Position numbers and translations under genes: made by a program. The notes beneath the pieces were generated by a model that searched no databases, was not told the DNA's origin, and saw nothing but the letters and a program-made list of their open reading frames with translations. Shown here one piece after another: positions 19,861 to 29,908 of a DNA stretch of 64,000 nucleotides. Source of the DNA: an uncultured delta proteobacterium (GTDB lineage: Bacteria > Desulfobacterota > Syntrophia > Syntrophales > UBA5619); assembly GCA_963817385.1 (NCBI GenBank), contig CAWFOM010000010.1, positions 352,001-416,000 of the forward strand, in the 5' to 3' direction. Position 1 is the stretch's first letter. Each line of letters opens with the position of its first letter.

Positions 19861-21447
19861 ATGACGCACCCCGAGCTTTTTGCCGCGATGAGCCGTCCGG
19901 AATTCTATCCCCACCGCCCGGAAGCGATCACGGTCGTTCAGACACACATATCCTTTATCTTCATCGCCGGAGAAGAAGTTTACAAGGTCAAGAAGGCCGT
20001 CGATTTCGGCTTTCTCGATTTCACGACCCTCGAAAAGCGGAAATTCTACTGCGATGAGGAGCTCCGGCTGAACCGGAGACTGGCCCCGGAGGCCTATCTC
20101 GGCGTCGTCCCGATCGTCGAGGACACCGCCGGCCGGCTCGCGCTCGGCGGGAACGGTCGGATCGTCGAGTACGCCGTCCGAATGAAGAAGCTCCCCCAGG
20201 AGCGGATGCTCGGGCGACTCCTGGCCGAGGGAAAGGTCGAGCCCGCCGTCATGGATGCGATCGCCGGCAAACTCGCCGATTTCCACCGCCGGGCTGAAAC
20301 GGGGGGGCGGATCGACGAGATCGGCGGCCTGGAGACGATCCGCCGGAACCACGAGGAGAATTTCGCCCAGACGGCGGACTACGTCGGCGTCACGATCCCA
20401 ACGGGCCGTTACGCCTTCATCCGCGCCTATGTCAGGGATTTTCTGAACCGGCAGGAGTCCCTGTTCCACCGGCGCGTCGCCGAGCACCGGATCCGGGACT
20501 GTCACGGCGATCTCCATCTCGAGCACATCTGCGTCGACAACGGGATCACGATCTTCGACTGCATCGAATTCAACGAGCGGTTCCGCTTCGGGGACGTCGC
20601 CGCCGAGGTCGCCTTCCTCGCGATGGACCTTGACTACAACGGCTACGGCGCCTGGGGGGAGTCCTTCGCCGAGGCATACATCCGTCATGCAGAAGATCCG
20701 GATATCCGGCGGCTCCTCAATTTCTACCGCTGCTACTACGCCTATGTCCGGGGGAAGGTCGTGGGTTTCCGGATCAAGGATCCGGCTATCGGGGAGAAGG
20801 AACGGGGAGAAGCGCGGGAAACGGCCGCCCGCTATTTTGATCTGGCCTACACCTACGCCGCCCGGCTGGAGCGTCCCGCCCTGATCCTGACGGCGGGCCT
20901 CATGGGGACGGGGAAGAGCGTCCTTGCCCGGGGCCTCGCGCCCTTGCTCGGCGCGGATGTGATCCGCACCGATCTGGTCAGGAAGGAACTCCTCGCCATC
21001 CGCCCTGCGGAGCGCCGCCCCGATCCCTTCGGCCAGGGGATCTATTCCGACGAGATCTCCCGGCTGACCTATGACCGGGCGCTGGAGATCGCCGGCGCAG
21101 AACTCCAAAAGGGGCGATCGGTGATCATCGACGCCTCATACAAGAGGCGGGCGGAGCGTATCCGGGCTGCGGAGGCGGCAAAAAAATGGAATGCCGATTT
21201 TTTTCTCATCGAATGCGTCTGCCCGGAAGGGATCATCAAGGAGCGCCTCGATGCCCGGCAGGCGGACGGCACCGACCCCTCCGACGGCCGGTGGGAGATC
21301 TTTCTCGCCCAGAAGGCCGATTTCGACCCCATAACGGAGTTTCCGGCGGAAACGCACCTGGTCGTCGATACGGCACGGGATCCCGAGGAGTGCCTGGACG
21401 AGGCGCTTGGGAAGATCAGGGGGTTCGTCGCACCGGAGGCTTGTTAG
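19861..21447 (+). CDS. Aminoglycoside phosphotransferase-like kinase fused to a P-loop kinase (AAA_33)
   Basis: QTHIS, YKVKKAVDFGFLDF, DCHGDLHL, DCIEFN; Walker A GLMGTGKS. Confidence 0.9.
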   Translation: MTHPELFAAMSRPEFYPHRPEAITVVQTHISFIFIAGEEVYKVKKAVDFGFLDFTTLEKRKFYCDEELRLNRRLAPEAYLGVVPIVEDTAGRLALGGNGRIVEYAVRMKKLPQERMLGRLLAEGKVEPAVMDAIAGKLADFHRRAETGGRIDEIGGLETIRRNHEENFAQTADYVGVTIPTGRYAFIRAYVRDFLNRQESLFHRRVAEHRIRDCHGDLHLEHICVDNGITIFDCIEFNERFRFGDVAAEVAFLAMDLDYNGYGAWGESFAEAYIRHAEDPDIRRLLNFYRCYYAYVRGKVVGFRIKDPAIGEKERGEARETAARYFDLAYTYAARLERPALILTAGLMGTGKSVLARGLAPLLGADVIRTDLVRKELLAIRPAERRPDPFGQGIYSDEISRLTYDRALEIAGAELQKGRSVIIDASYKRRAERIRAAEAAKKWNADFFLIECVCPEGIIKERLDARQADGTDPSDGRWEIFLAQKADFDPITEFPAETHLVVDTARDPEECLDEALGKIRGFVAPEAC

Positions 21448-22183
21448 AGATCTCAGGAGGCTGGACGGGGAAATCACTCTTCACTTCAGTCTTCTTTCCC
21501 GCCTCCGCCTCGGCGAGACGCCTTTTCGTTTCGATGAGGTAATAGCTTACCTTGTAATCGAGGCCTACGTTCGCATATTCCCGCGCAACCTTCTCGAACC
21601 TCCGGAGCGCCGCCCGGTACTGCTTGATTTTGAAGTAAAATTCCCCCACGTAGAACTCCTGCTCGCCCAGGGTCTTTTTGCACTCCCGGATCATCTTCTC
21701 GGCCAGGAAGGCAAATTTGCTGCCGGGAAAGCGAGCCGTCAGCCGCTCGAACTCGCTGAGGGACTTAAACGCCTCGGACTGGTCGCGGTCGATCGTTGAT
21801 ATCTCGTTGAAGTGGCAAAGCCCGATCTGATACATCACATAGGGGAGGTTCTCGTTCGTCGGGTGGAGATTGAGAAATTCTCTGTAGGCGAGCTCGGCTT
21901 CGAGATAGTCCTTGGCGCTGAACGAGGAGTCGGCGATCCCCAGTTCCGCCATAATGGCGAACTTACTCAGGGGATACTCCTCCTTGAGTCGCTGGAAAAC
22001 CTCCAGGGACTTTTTATAGCTTCCGTCCTGATAGTATGCCACCCCCTGCTGGTAGAGCCCATCCGGTGTGGCACGGGTCAAATCGATTTTCTTCGTCCAC
22101 GGCCACGTGAAGGTGCAGCCGGAGAGCATCAGAACCAGGACCATAAGCATCAATGGGATTCGTTTGCTGCGCACAGTTTTCAC
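21416..22183 (-). CDS. bamD: Outer membrane protein assembly factor BamD
   Basis: Lipobox LSGC; TPR helices; DRDQS motif; EFYVGEFYFK. Confidence 0.92.
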   Translation of the reverse strand: MKTVRSKRIPLMLMVLVLMLSGCTFTWPWTKKIDLTRATPDGLYQQGVAYYQDGSYKKSLEVFQRLKEEYPLSKFAIMAELGIADSSFSAKDYLEAELAYREFLNLHPTNENLPYVMYQIGLCHFNEISTIDRDQSEAFKSLSEFERLTARFPGSKFAFLAEKMIRECKKTLGEQEFYVGEFYFKIKQYRAALRRFEKVAREYANVGLDYKVSYYLIETKRRLAEAEAGKKTEVKSDFPVQPPEISNKPPVRRTP

Positions 22184-22202
22184 CTTTCGGGCGCCCGGAA
22201 AA

Positions 22203-22532
22203 CTAGAGGGCCTTCTTGATGAACGCCTCCAGGCGTTCCATCGGCACCAGGCCGACGAGGGTATCGAAAACCTTCCCCTCCTTAAAGAGGAGCAGGGTCG
22301 GGATGCTCCTCACGCCATAAGACGCCGCCGTCTTGGGATTGTCGTCGATGTTGACCTTCGCCACCTTGAGCTTATCGTGGTACTGACCTGCAAGCGTCTC
22401 CACCAGAGGACCGATGGCTTTGCAGGGTCCGCACCAGGGCGCCCAGAAATCGACCAGGGCAGGCTTGTCCGCCTTGAGAATCTCCTCCGCAAAGCTCCCA
22501 TCGCCGACGTGCGCTAAAAATTCTTCCGCCAT
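22203..22532 (-). CDS. trxA: Thioredoxin
   Basis: VDFWAPWCGPCK; YGVRSIPTL; GGAG RBS. Confidence 0.95.
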   Translation of the reverse strand: MAEEFLAHVGDGSFAEEILKADKPALVDFWAPWCGPCKAIGPLVETLAGQYHDKLKVAKVNIDDNPKTAASYGVRSIPTLLLFKEGKVFDTLVGLVPMERLEAFIKKAL

Positions 22533-22690
22533 ATACCTGTCTCCTTTCAATCTTTGTAAGGCACTATCGCATATCTCGGTAAATGATGTCAAGGCTGCCA
22601 TTTTGACAGCCGCCGGCAATTCTGTTATACGCTGAAAGGCAACCACCGCGCAAATACCGCTGCGTTGCGACGCGTTTTTAAGGAGAGCCG

Positions 22691-23403
22691 ATGAAACCTC
22701 TGGGCATAATCTCGGGAACCGTCTTTCTGCAGGGACAGGGGATCTTCGCAGACCTGCGGGAGGAGATGCGGGAAACGCCATTCGGCCGGGCGCTGGTCTT
22801 GCGCTCCGCCGAGGTTGTCTTCATCCCCCGTCACGGGAAGGATCCGCACCACCACATCCTGCCACACCTCATCAACCACCAGGCCAATCTGCAGGCCCTG
22901 AAAGACCTGGGCGTGGTAGCAGGTCCTCGGCGTCAATTCGACCGGTTCCCTGAAGCGGCGGATTAAACCGGGGATGATCGTCATTCCCGACGACTACCTC
23001 ATGCTTGCTGCCGGCCCCACGGTCGTCCGGGAGAAGCCCGTTCATATCACCCCGGCATTGAATGCGGAGGTGCGGCGGAAATTGCTGGAGGCGGCACGGG
23101 ATTGCGCCATCGAGGTGATCGATGGAGGAACCTACTGGCAGACCGCCGGCCCGCGTTTCGAAACACGGGCGGAGATTGCGATGATGTCGCTCATTCGCCG
23201 ACCTCGTGGGGATGACGATGGCCAGCGAAGCGATTGTCTCCCAGGAGCTCGATCTGCCCTACGCCTCGCTCTGTTCGGTGGACAATTACGCCCATGGCCT
23301 TGAAGACAAGGAACTGACCATGGAAAAGATCCTCTGGCACGCGCGGCAAAACGCCGAGACAATTCTCCGGATCCTGACCCGTTATCTAAACGCTCTGTCC
23401 TGA
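22691..23403 (+). CDS. MTAP-family purine nucleoside phosphorylase; frameshifts near 22917 and 23194
   Basis: LGIISGT, FIPRHG, GPRFETRAEI, VGMTMASE, SVDNYA across three frames. Confidence 0.85.
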
Positions 23404-23420
23404 CGTGCGGAGCATCTGAT

Positions 23421-23856
23421 TCAGAAGGCGCCGAGCTGGCAGGGTTTAATCTTGATTTTCAGCGTCTCGCAGGCGGAAGAAATCTTCATCCGCGGGATCT
23501 TCATCTCCGCGGCGATCTCCCAGGCGGCTGCGCAGGGGAGCCTGCCGCCGGCAAGACGGCTGCGAATGGCCCTTTCGATCTCCGGAGTCACCTGCGCTGC
23601 CGGCCGGACGCTCTTCCCTTCGGTCGTCATAACCGAAAAGACCGAGCTGGCAGCGGCTGATCCGGACCTCCAGCAGATCGAGCGTCCGTCCCACCTCCGC
23701 CAAGGCTGCGCCGAGTCTGGCTCCAATCCGCTCCGCGTCGGCGCAGGCGAGTTTCCCGTTGGCAACCTTCTCACGCACCGCGGCGGCTATTTTCTCATCC
23801 GGCTTCCCGCCCGGCGCATGCTTGGCCGAATAGCGTCCTTTATCAGCGTGTGTCAT
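23421..23856 (-). CDS. Hypothetical protein with two tandem LxCAxA...CQLGxF domains; frameshift near 23627
   Basis: Internal repeat: KLACADAERI...CQLGLFG and RLPCAAAWEI...CQLGAF. Confidence 0.75.
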
Positions 23857-23919
23857 AGTCTCATCCTCACGTTTTCTTGCTCCCCTTGTAATAAATCGGG
23901 CAATTACGGAAATCCATCA

Positions 23920-24373
23920 CTATTTCTTATAGTGAAACGGCTCGACGGCGGACAGCGCCTCGGCATCCAGCGTCTGAAAGCCATTTTTTTCCAGGAGCTT
24001 TTCGGCCGTCTCGATCCGATCGACGCTGACCACGAAGACCGCCTTCCGGCTCCCCTCCAGGACGAAGCCGTAGGCGTTATTGATGTTGATCCCTTCCGCA
24101 AAGAGGAGCTGCGTCAGTTTGTCGAGGCCGCCCGGCTGATCGGGGATGACGACGGCCAGGACACGGCTCAGGGTGACCGTCATACCGGCCTTCGTGAGCG
24201 CCGCCTCGGCCCGGGGGGGATCGTCGACGATCAGGTTGATAACACCGAAGGTATCGGACGTGGCGATCGTCGTCGCCCGGATGTTGATCTTCTCCTTCGC
24301 CAGGAGCCTGTGTCACCGCCGCCAGCCTCCCCGGCTTGTTTTCCGCGAATATCGAAAGCTGATAGGTAATCAT
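23920..24373 (-). CDS. Tandem ACT-domain protein; frameshift near 24310
   Basis: QLSIFAENKPGRL and VIPDQPGGL ACT motifs; usual partner of phenylacetate-CoA ligase genes. Confidence 0.88.
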
Positions 24374-24385
24374 CTCCTCCCCCCT

Positions 24386-25684
24386 CTAATCCTTCCGGTT
24401 GTCGATCACCCGCACCGCCTTGCCCTCGCTCTTCGGGAGACTGTCCGGCTCCACCAGATCCACCTTCGGGGTGATCAGGATGTCGCTCCTGAGCTCCTCC
24501 ACAATCCGCTGCCGCAGGGCTTCAAGCTGCTGCAAGTTCCCGCCGAAGAACTCCCGCTGGATCTCCACCTTGACGGTCATCTGATCGTTGTAGCCCTCCC
24601 GGTCGAGGACGATCAGGAAGTTTGTCCCCACGCCGGGGATCTCCATGAGCCTCTTTTCGATCTGGATCGGGAAGATGTTCACCCCCTTCAGGATCATCAT
24701 GTCGTCGGTCCGCCCCTTGATCCGCTCGATCCGCCGGTGGGTCCGGCCGCAGGGGCAGGGGCCGGGGATGATCCGGGTCAGATCCTTCGTCCGGTAGCGG
24801 AGGATCGGCATCCCCTCCCTCAGGAGGGTCGTCATCACCAGTTCCCCCTCCTCCCCCTCGGGAAGCGGTTTGAGCGTCACGGGATCGATGATCTCGGCGA
24901 TGTAGTTGTCCTCCCAGAGGTGCATCCCGTGCTGTTCCGGACACTCGAAGGCCACGCCGGGGCCGTTCATCTCGGAGAGGCCATAGGAGTTGAATCCCCT
25001 GAATCCGTAGAACTCCTCGATTATCTGGCGCATCTTCTCCGAATGCGGTTCGGCGCCGAGGAAGGCGATCTTCAGCTTTGTATCCCGGCGGGGATCGACG
25101 CCGGCTTCCGTAAAGACGGTCGAGAGGTGGAGGGCATAACTGGGAATGATATGGATGACGGTCGTCTCGAAATCCCGCATCAGTTGGATCTGACGCTTGC
25201 TGTTCCCCGCCCCGGCGGGGATCACCAGCGCCCCGATCTTCTCCGCGCCGTAGTGGAATCCGAGGCCCCCCGTGAAGAGGCCGTAGGTCATCATGTTCTG
25301 GAACACATCTGAGCGTCTCATCCCGGTCATGTACATGGAGCGGGCGAGGAGATTCGTCCAGGCCGCGATGTCGTTTGCCGTGTGAAAGATCACCGTGGCC
25401 CTGCCCGTCGTCCCGGAAGAGGAGTGCATCCGGATGATCTCATCGCGGGAGCAGGTAAGAAACCCATAGGGCCATTGCTCGCGGAGGTCCTCTTTCGTGG
25501 TGAGCGGAAGGATCTCGAGATCCGCGACCGTCCGGATGCGGCCCGTATCCAGCCCCCTCTCGGCAAAAAGCTTCCCATAATAGATGGATTTTTTCGCCCG
25601 CTCCAGTGTTTCGCCGAGTCGGGCAGCCTGCAGCTTCTCAAGGCAGCCCCGGTCCATCGTTTCGATCTCTTTTTCCCAGTACAT
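24386..25684 (-). CDS. paaK: Phenylacetate-CoA ligase family protein
   Basis: HSSSGTTG, YGLFTGGLG, YGLSE, RYRTKD, GRTDDM.ILKGVNIFP. Confidence 0.9.
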   Translation of the reverse strand: MYWEKEIETMDRGCLEKLQAARLGETLERAKKSIYYGKLFAERGLDTGRIRTVADLEILPLTTKEDLREQWPYGFLTCSRDEIIRMHSSSGTTGRATVIFHTANDIAAWTNLLARSMYMTGMRRSDVFQNMMTYGLFTGGLGFHYGAEKIGALVIPAGAGNSKRQIQLMRDFETTVIHIIPSYALHLSTVFTEAGVDPRRDTKLKIAFLGAEPHSEKMRQIIEEFYGFRGFNSYGLSEMNGPGVAFECPEQHGMHLWEDNYIAEIIDPVTLKPLPEGEEGELVMTTLLREGMPILRYRTKDLTRIIPGPCPCGRTHRRIERIKGRTDDMMILKGVNIFPIQIEKRLMEIPGVGTNFLIVLDREGYNDQMTVKVEIQREFFGGNLQQLEALRQRIVEELRSDILITPKVDLVEPDSLPKSEGKAVRVIDNRKD

Positions 25685-25753
25685 GCCGCGCCTCCGCCTG
25701 TTATTGGATAGGCGATTTTCTACAACCGATCTGCGATAGTATCAAGTTAAACA

Positions 25754-26446
25754 TCATTTTACGACAAAAGGATTGAAATTTGTTTCGTAATCATAGAAAT
25801 CTTCGCGTTCGGCCTTTTTCAGGTAATTGACGGCCAGGTAGGTAAGAGGCGTCAATGCCGCTTCATAGAGGGACTTGATGAGCCACTGAGTCACAGCCAT
25901 CTGTGCTAAAACCGTTACCGGAATGATCCCATAAAAAGCTATGGTGATAAAGATTGACGAATCGGCCATCTGCCCCAGCAGGGTCGACGAAATGGTGCGG
26001 ACCCAAAGATGACGTCCCCGCATGGCAATCTTGATTTTCGCCAGCACAAAAGCATTCAGAAACTCTCCCGTCAGATAGGCGATGAAGGACGCGATCAGCA
26101 GTCGAGGGGTGAACCCGAAAATCGCCGCATAGGCCTCCTGGGACCGTTCGGGCGACGGGAAATTGGCAATCTGCCAGAAAGGGGCGGGAGGCAGCATCAT
26201 GCTCAGGTAAATGGCCGCCACCGCCAGGGCGTTGCAGGCAAAACCAATCCAGATAACCTGCCGCGCCCGCCGGTATCCGTAGACCTCGGTGAGAATATCT
26301 CCCAAAATATAGGACACCGGGAATATGATGATTGCAGCGGGAAGAAAGAACGGACCAAGGGCCACAGGCTTGATCGCAATGATATTCGATACGACAAGGC
26401 AGGTCACAAAGACACCCGTCAGGGCGGGGAATAGCCGGTAATGCAT
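25754..26446 (-). CDS. yhhQ: Queuosine precursor transporter (Vut_1/YhhQ)
   Basis: SNIIAIK, DILTEVYG, WVRTISSTLLGQ..DS; next to queF. Confidence 0.9.
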   Translation of the reverse strand: MHYRLFPALTGVFVTCLVVSNIIAIKPVALGPFFLPAAIIIFPVSYILGDILTEVYGYRRARQVIWIGFACNALAVAAIYLSMMLPPAPFWQIANFPSPERSQEAYAAIFGFTPRLLIASFIAYLTGEFLNAFVLAKIKIAMRGRHLWVRTISSTLLGQMADSSIFITIAFYGIIPVTVLAQMAVTQWLIKSLYEAALTPLTYLAVNYLKKAEREDFYDYETNFNPFVVK

Positions 26447-26472
26447 GGGAAGGATCCTTTTCTCGATTGTCC

Positions 26473-26883
26473 CTATCGTGTATATTCCGCATCCACGGAA
26501 ATGCCAATGCCGCCCCTGACGGCAAAATCAGCCGTAATCTTGCACCAGCGCGGAGCAAGCGCGCCGACGACGTCGTCTAAAATGACATTGATGACATGCT
26601 CGTGGAATGTTCCTTCATTGCGGAACGAGTGGAGATAGAGTTTGAGGGATTTCGATTCCAGGATAAGCATGTCGGGAACATACTGGATTTTCAGTTTTGC
26701 AAAGTCCGGCTGCCCCGTCAGCGGACAGACACAGGTGAATTCCTCGGTAAACAGGGTAATCGTATAATCCCGCTCGGGATGATGATTGGGAAATGCCTCC
26801 AATGTTCGACCCGGGTTGATCTTGTCTTTTCCAAGGACCGTCAGGTTCTTAAGGTCCGATTTTGCCGTCAATCGTTTTCTCAT
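26473..26883 (-). CDS. queF: NADPH-dependent preQ0 reductase QueF (short type)
   Basis: EFTCVCPLTGQPDFA, ESKSLKLYL, FHEH, RGGI. Confidence 0.95.
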   Translation of the reverse strand: MRKRLTAKSDLKNLTVLGKDKINPGRTLEAFPNHHPERDYTITLFTEEFTCVCPLTGQPDFAKLKIQYVPDMLILESKSLKLYLHSFRNEGTFHEHVINVILDDVVGALAPRWCKITADFAVRGGIGISVDAEYTR

Positions 26884-27279
26884 ACGCAATTATCCTTTGC
26901 TGACGTTGCTCATCAGGAAAACTCTGTCTCCGAACAGTGCGATGCGTTAGCCCTATCATATATGAGAGCATCGTTCAAATTATTTCGCGGAGGAATAACG
27001 ATCAAGCTGCGAGCGACCCGGATGGTTGCAATATGCCGGTTTGCTGAACTGCCTGAGCAGGTATCCTCGATCTGGGCCTCCGCGCGGCGATATCTTCTTT
27101 CAGCTTGACGGAAAACTCCGGGAGGCCACGCCCAACCTTTCAGATCAGACGGGAGTATTCGCAAAAAATGTTGCCAAATTGCCATCGGCACGTTAATAAT
27201 CACTCCCGTATTGCGCAAGTGGAAATCGCACCGGTGAATACTCTTTTACCGAAGCGGACGGCATGTGGGGAGGCATCTC

Positions 27280-27852
27280 ATGACCGGCATAATCCTTTCC
27301 GGCGGCAGGAACAGGAGAATGGGAGAAAACAAGGCGTTTCTCCGGGTTGGCGGTGAGCGCCTGATCGACCGGACTGTCCGGCTCTTCCGGGAGCTCTTTC
27401 GGGAGGTCATCATCGTCACGACAAGTCCTCTCGACTATATCGACCAGGAAGCCGCCATCGTCACCGATATCCTCCCGGAGAGGGGCGCCCTCGGCGGTCT
27501 CTATACGGGTCTTTTCTATGCCCGGGAGGAGCACGCCTTTGCGGCAGCCTGCGACATACCCTTCCTGAACCGTTCGTTTATCGAATACATGGCATCCCTG
27601 GCAACCGGCTATGACATCGTCGTCCCGGCGCCGCCCGACGGTCTCCAGCCTCTCCACGCCGTCTATGCCCGCCGCTGCCTCCCCGCCATCCGAAACCTCC
27701 TCGATCGGGATCGCCTGCAGATCAAGGAACTCTACCCGGGACAAAAGATCCTCAAGATATCCCCCGAGATCCTCCACTGCTTCGATCCGGAAGGCCGGAT
27801 GTTCCTGAATGTCAATACCCCGGAAGACTTTCGGAAGCTGCCGACTGCATGA
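27280..27852 (+). CDS. mobA: Molybdenum cofactor guanylyltransferase
   Basis: GIILSGGRNRRMGENKA, GALGGLYTGL, ACDIPF, NVNTPED. Confidence 0.9.
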   Translation: MTGIILSGGRNRRMGENKAFLRVGGERLIDRTVRLFRELFREVIIVTTSPLDYIDQEAAIVTDILPERGALGGLYTGLFYAREEHAFAAACDIPFLNRSFIEYMASLATGYDIVVPAPPDGLQPLHAVYARRCLPAIRNLLDRDRLQIKELYPGQKILKISPEILHCFDPEGRMFLNVNTPEDFRKLPTA

Positions 27853-27970
27853 AAAAGCGGCCTCGCGAGGAAGAGACAGACAGCGGCAACATGCATGAAC
27901 GGGGTAAAACGCCATTAGACATTCCTGCGGCAATGGTGTATGGCTCTGTGGGAGGAAAGGGGAGCGGTCA

Positions 27971-29903
27971 ATGAAGAGGCATCAGGTCATTTTTCAGCCC
28001 TCCGGCAGGCGTGGCGAGATTCCGGAAGGAACAACCATCCTTGAGGCTGCACAGTCACTGGGTGTCGGTATCGAATCGCTCTGCGGGGGAAACGGAAGCT
28101 GCGGAAAGTGCCGTATCAGGATCGAGTCGGGAACCTTCGAGCGGTACGGTATTACCTCGCTTTCCGACCATCTCTCGCCGTTCACCGAAGAGGAGGGTGC
28201 CTTCATCAGCGACAAAGAACGGGCGGAAGGTTTCCGTCTGGCCTGCAACGCCATGATCCGGGGGGATCTCCTCATCGTCGTACCCGAAGAGAGTCGCACC
28301 GGCAGGCAGGTGGTGAGAAAAGAGGCCACAAAACGAGCCATCTCCCTGAATCCGGCGATTCGGCTCTTCCCCGTGAAGCTCGATCCCCCCAGTCTGAGCC
28401 GGCCGCTGGGCGACTACGACCGTCTGGTTGCCGCGCTCGGGGAGCGCTTCGGCATCCCCCGTCCTGCGATCGACTATCCCGCCCTGCGTGCAGCTCCCCG
28501 GCGTCCTCAGGCAGGGGAACTGGCACGTTACCGCGGCCCTCTGGATGGAGCGGGAAATCCTCGCCGTTTTTCCGGGAGAGGTGACGGAGGCGTACGGCCT
28601 CGCCGTCGACGTAGGCACGACCACCGTGGTCGGTTATCTGTGCAGCCTCAGGACCGGTGATGTCATCGCCACCGAATCGCTCATGAATCCCCAAGTCGCC
28701 TACGGCGAGGATGTCATTGCCCGGATCACCTATGCGACTGGACCACCCTTCCGTCGGTCTGGAGAAGCTCAAGGGGGTGATCATCGACTGCTCTGAACCG
28801 ACTCATCCGGGGCGTGACGGCCCAAGCGGGCCTCTCCCCCGCCGATATCCTCGAAGTGACGATGGTCGGAAACACCGTCATGCACCACCTCCTCCTCGGA
28901 ATCGATCCCCGCTACCTGGGGGTCTCACCCTTCACACCGGCCCTCCACCGTTCACTCGACATCAAGGCGCGCGACCTCGGTCTTACGACCCATCCCGCCG
29001 CCAACGTCCACCTGCTTCCCGATCGAGGCGGGCTTCGTCGGGGCCGACAACGTGGGGGTTCTGATCGCGGAGGAGCCCTACCGCCGCGAGGAGATGGTCC
29101 TCATCATCGACGTGGGCACGAACGGCGAGATGATCATGGGAAACCGTGCAAGGCTCCTCTCGGCTTCCTGCGCCACCGGCCCGGCCCTGGAGGGGGCGCA
29201 TATCCGTTTCGGGATGAGGGCCGCCCCCGGGGCGATCGAGCGGATCCGGATCGATCCCGCGACGCGGGAGGTCGCCTTCAAGATCATCGGCGAGGAGCGC
29301 TGGCGGCCGGAGAGCCCGATCACCGGCGCCCGGGGGATCTGCGGCTCCGGGATCATCGACGGGGTGGCCGAACTCTACCGGGCGGGGATCATCGAAAAAA
29401 GCGGCCGCTTCCGGACGGATCTCGCCACGCCGCGTCTTCGGATGAACGACGGCAAGCCGGAGTTCGTCATCGCCTGGCGGGAAGAGACCTCCCTGAACGA
29501 GGAGATCACGATCGGCCAGCAGGATGTCCGGAGCGTGCAGCTTGCCAAAGGCGCCCTCTACACGGGCGCCAAACTGATGATGAAACGCCTGGGGATCGCG
29601 AAGCTGGACCGGGTGATCCTCGCCGGCGCATTCGGGAGCTATATCGACAAGACGGCGGCGATGCGTCTCGGCATGTTTCCCGACTGCAACCTCGAAGGGG
29701 TCTCATCGGTCGGCAACGCGGCGGGCGACGGGGCACGGATCGCTCTCCTCGATCGAGAGAAGCGGGGAGAGGCCGAGACGATCGCCCGGCGGGTGGAATA
29801 TCTCGAGTTGACCACCGAGAAGGATTTCCAGCAGGAGTTCCTGGCGTCCCTGGCTATCCCCCACGAGAGGGACGCCTTCCCCCATCTTCCGCCTTCCGAA
29901 TGA
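27971..29903 (+). CDS. 2Fe-2S/ASKHA-domain protein (RACo/AcsV-type corrinoid activator family); four frameshifts at about 28490, 28737, 28792 and 29021
   Basis: CGGNGSCGKC...RLAC; AVDVGTTTV; GFVGAD; IDVGTNGE; CATGPALEG; GICGSG; LAGAFGSYID; GNAAG. Confidence 0.88.
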
Positions 29904-29908
29904 TTATT

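Noticed and set aside
26884..27279. preQ1 riboswitch upstream of queF or Moco riboswitch upstream of mobA
   Set aside because: Could not find the consensus elements by eye; an Rfam scan would settle it
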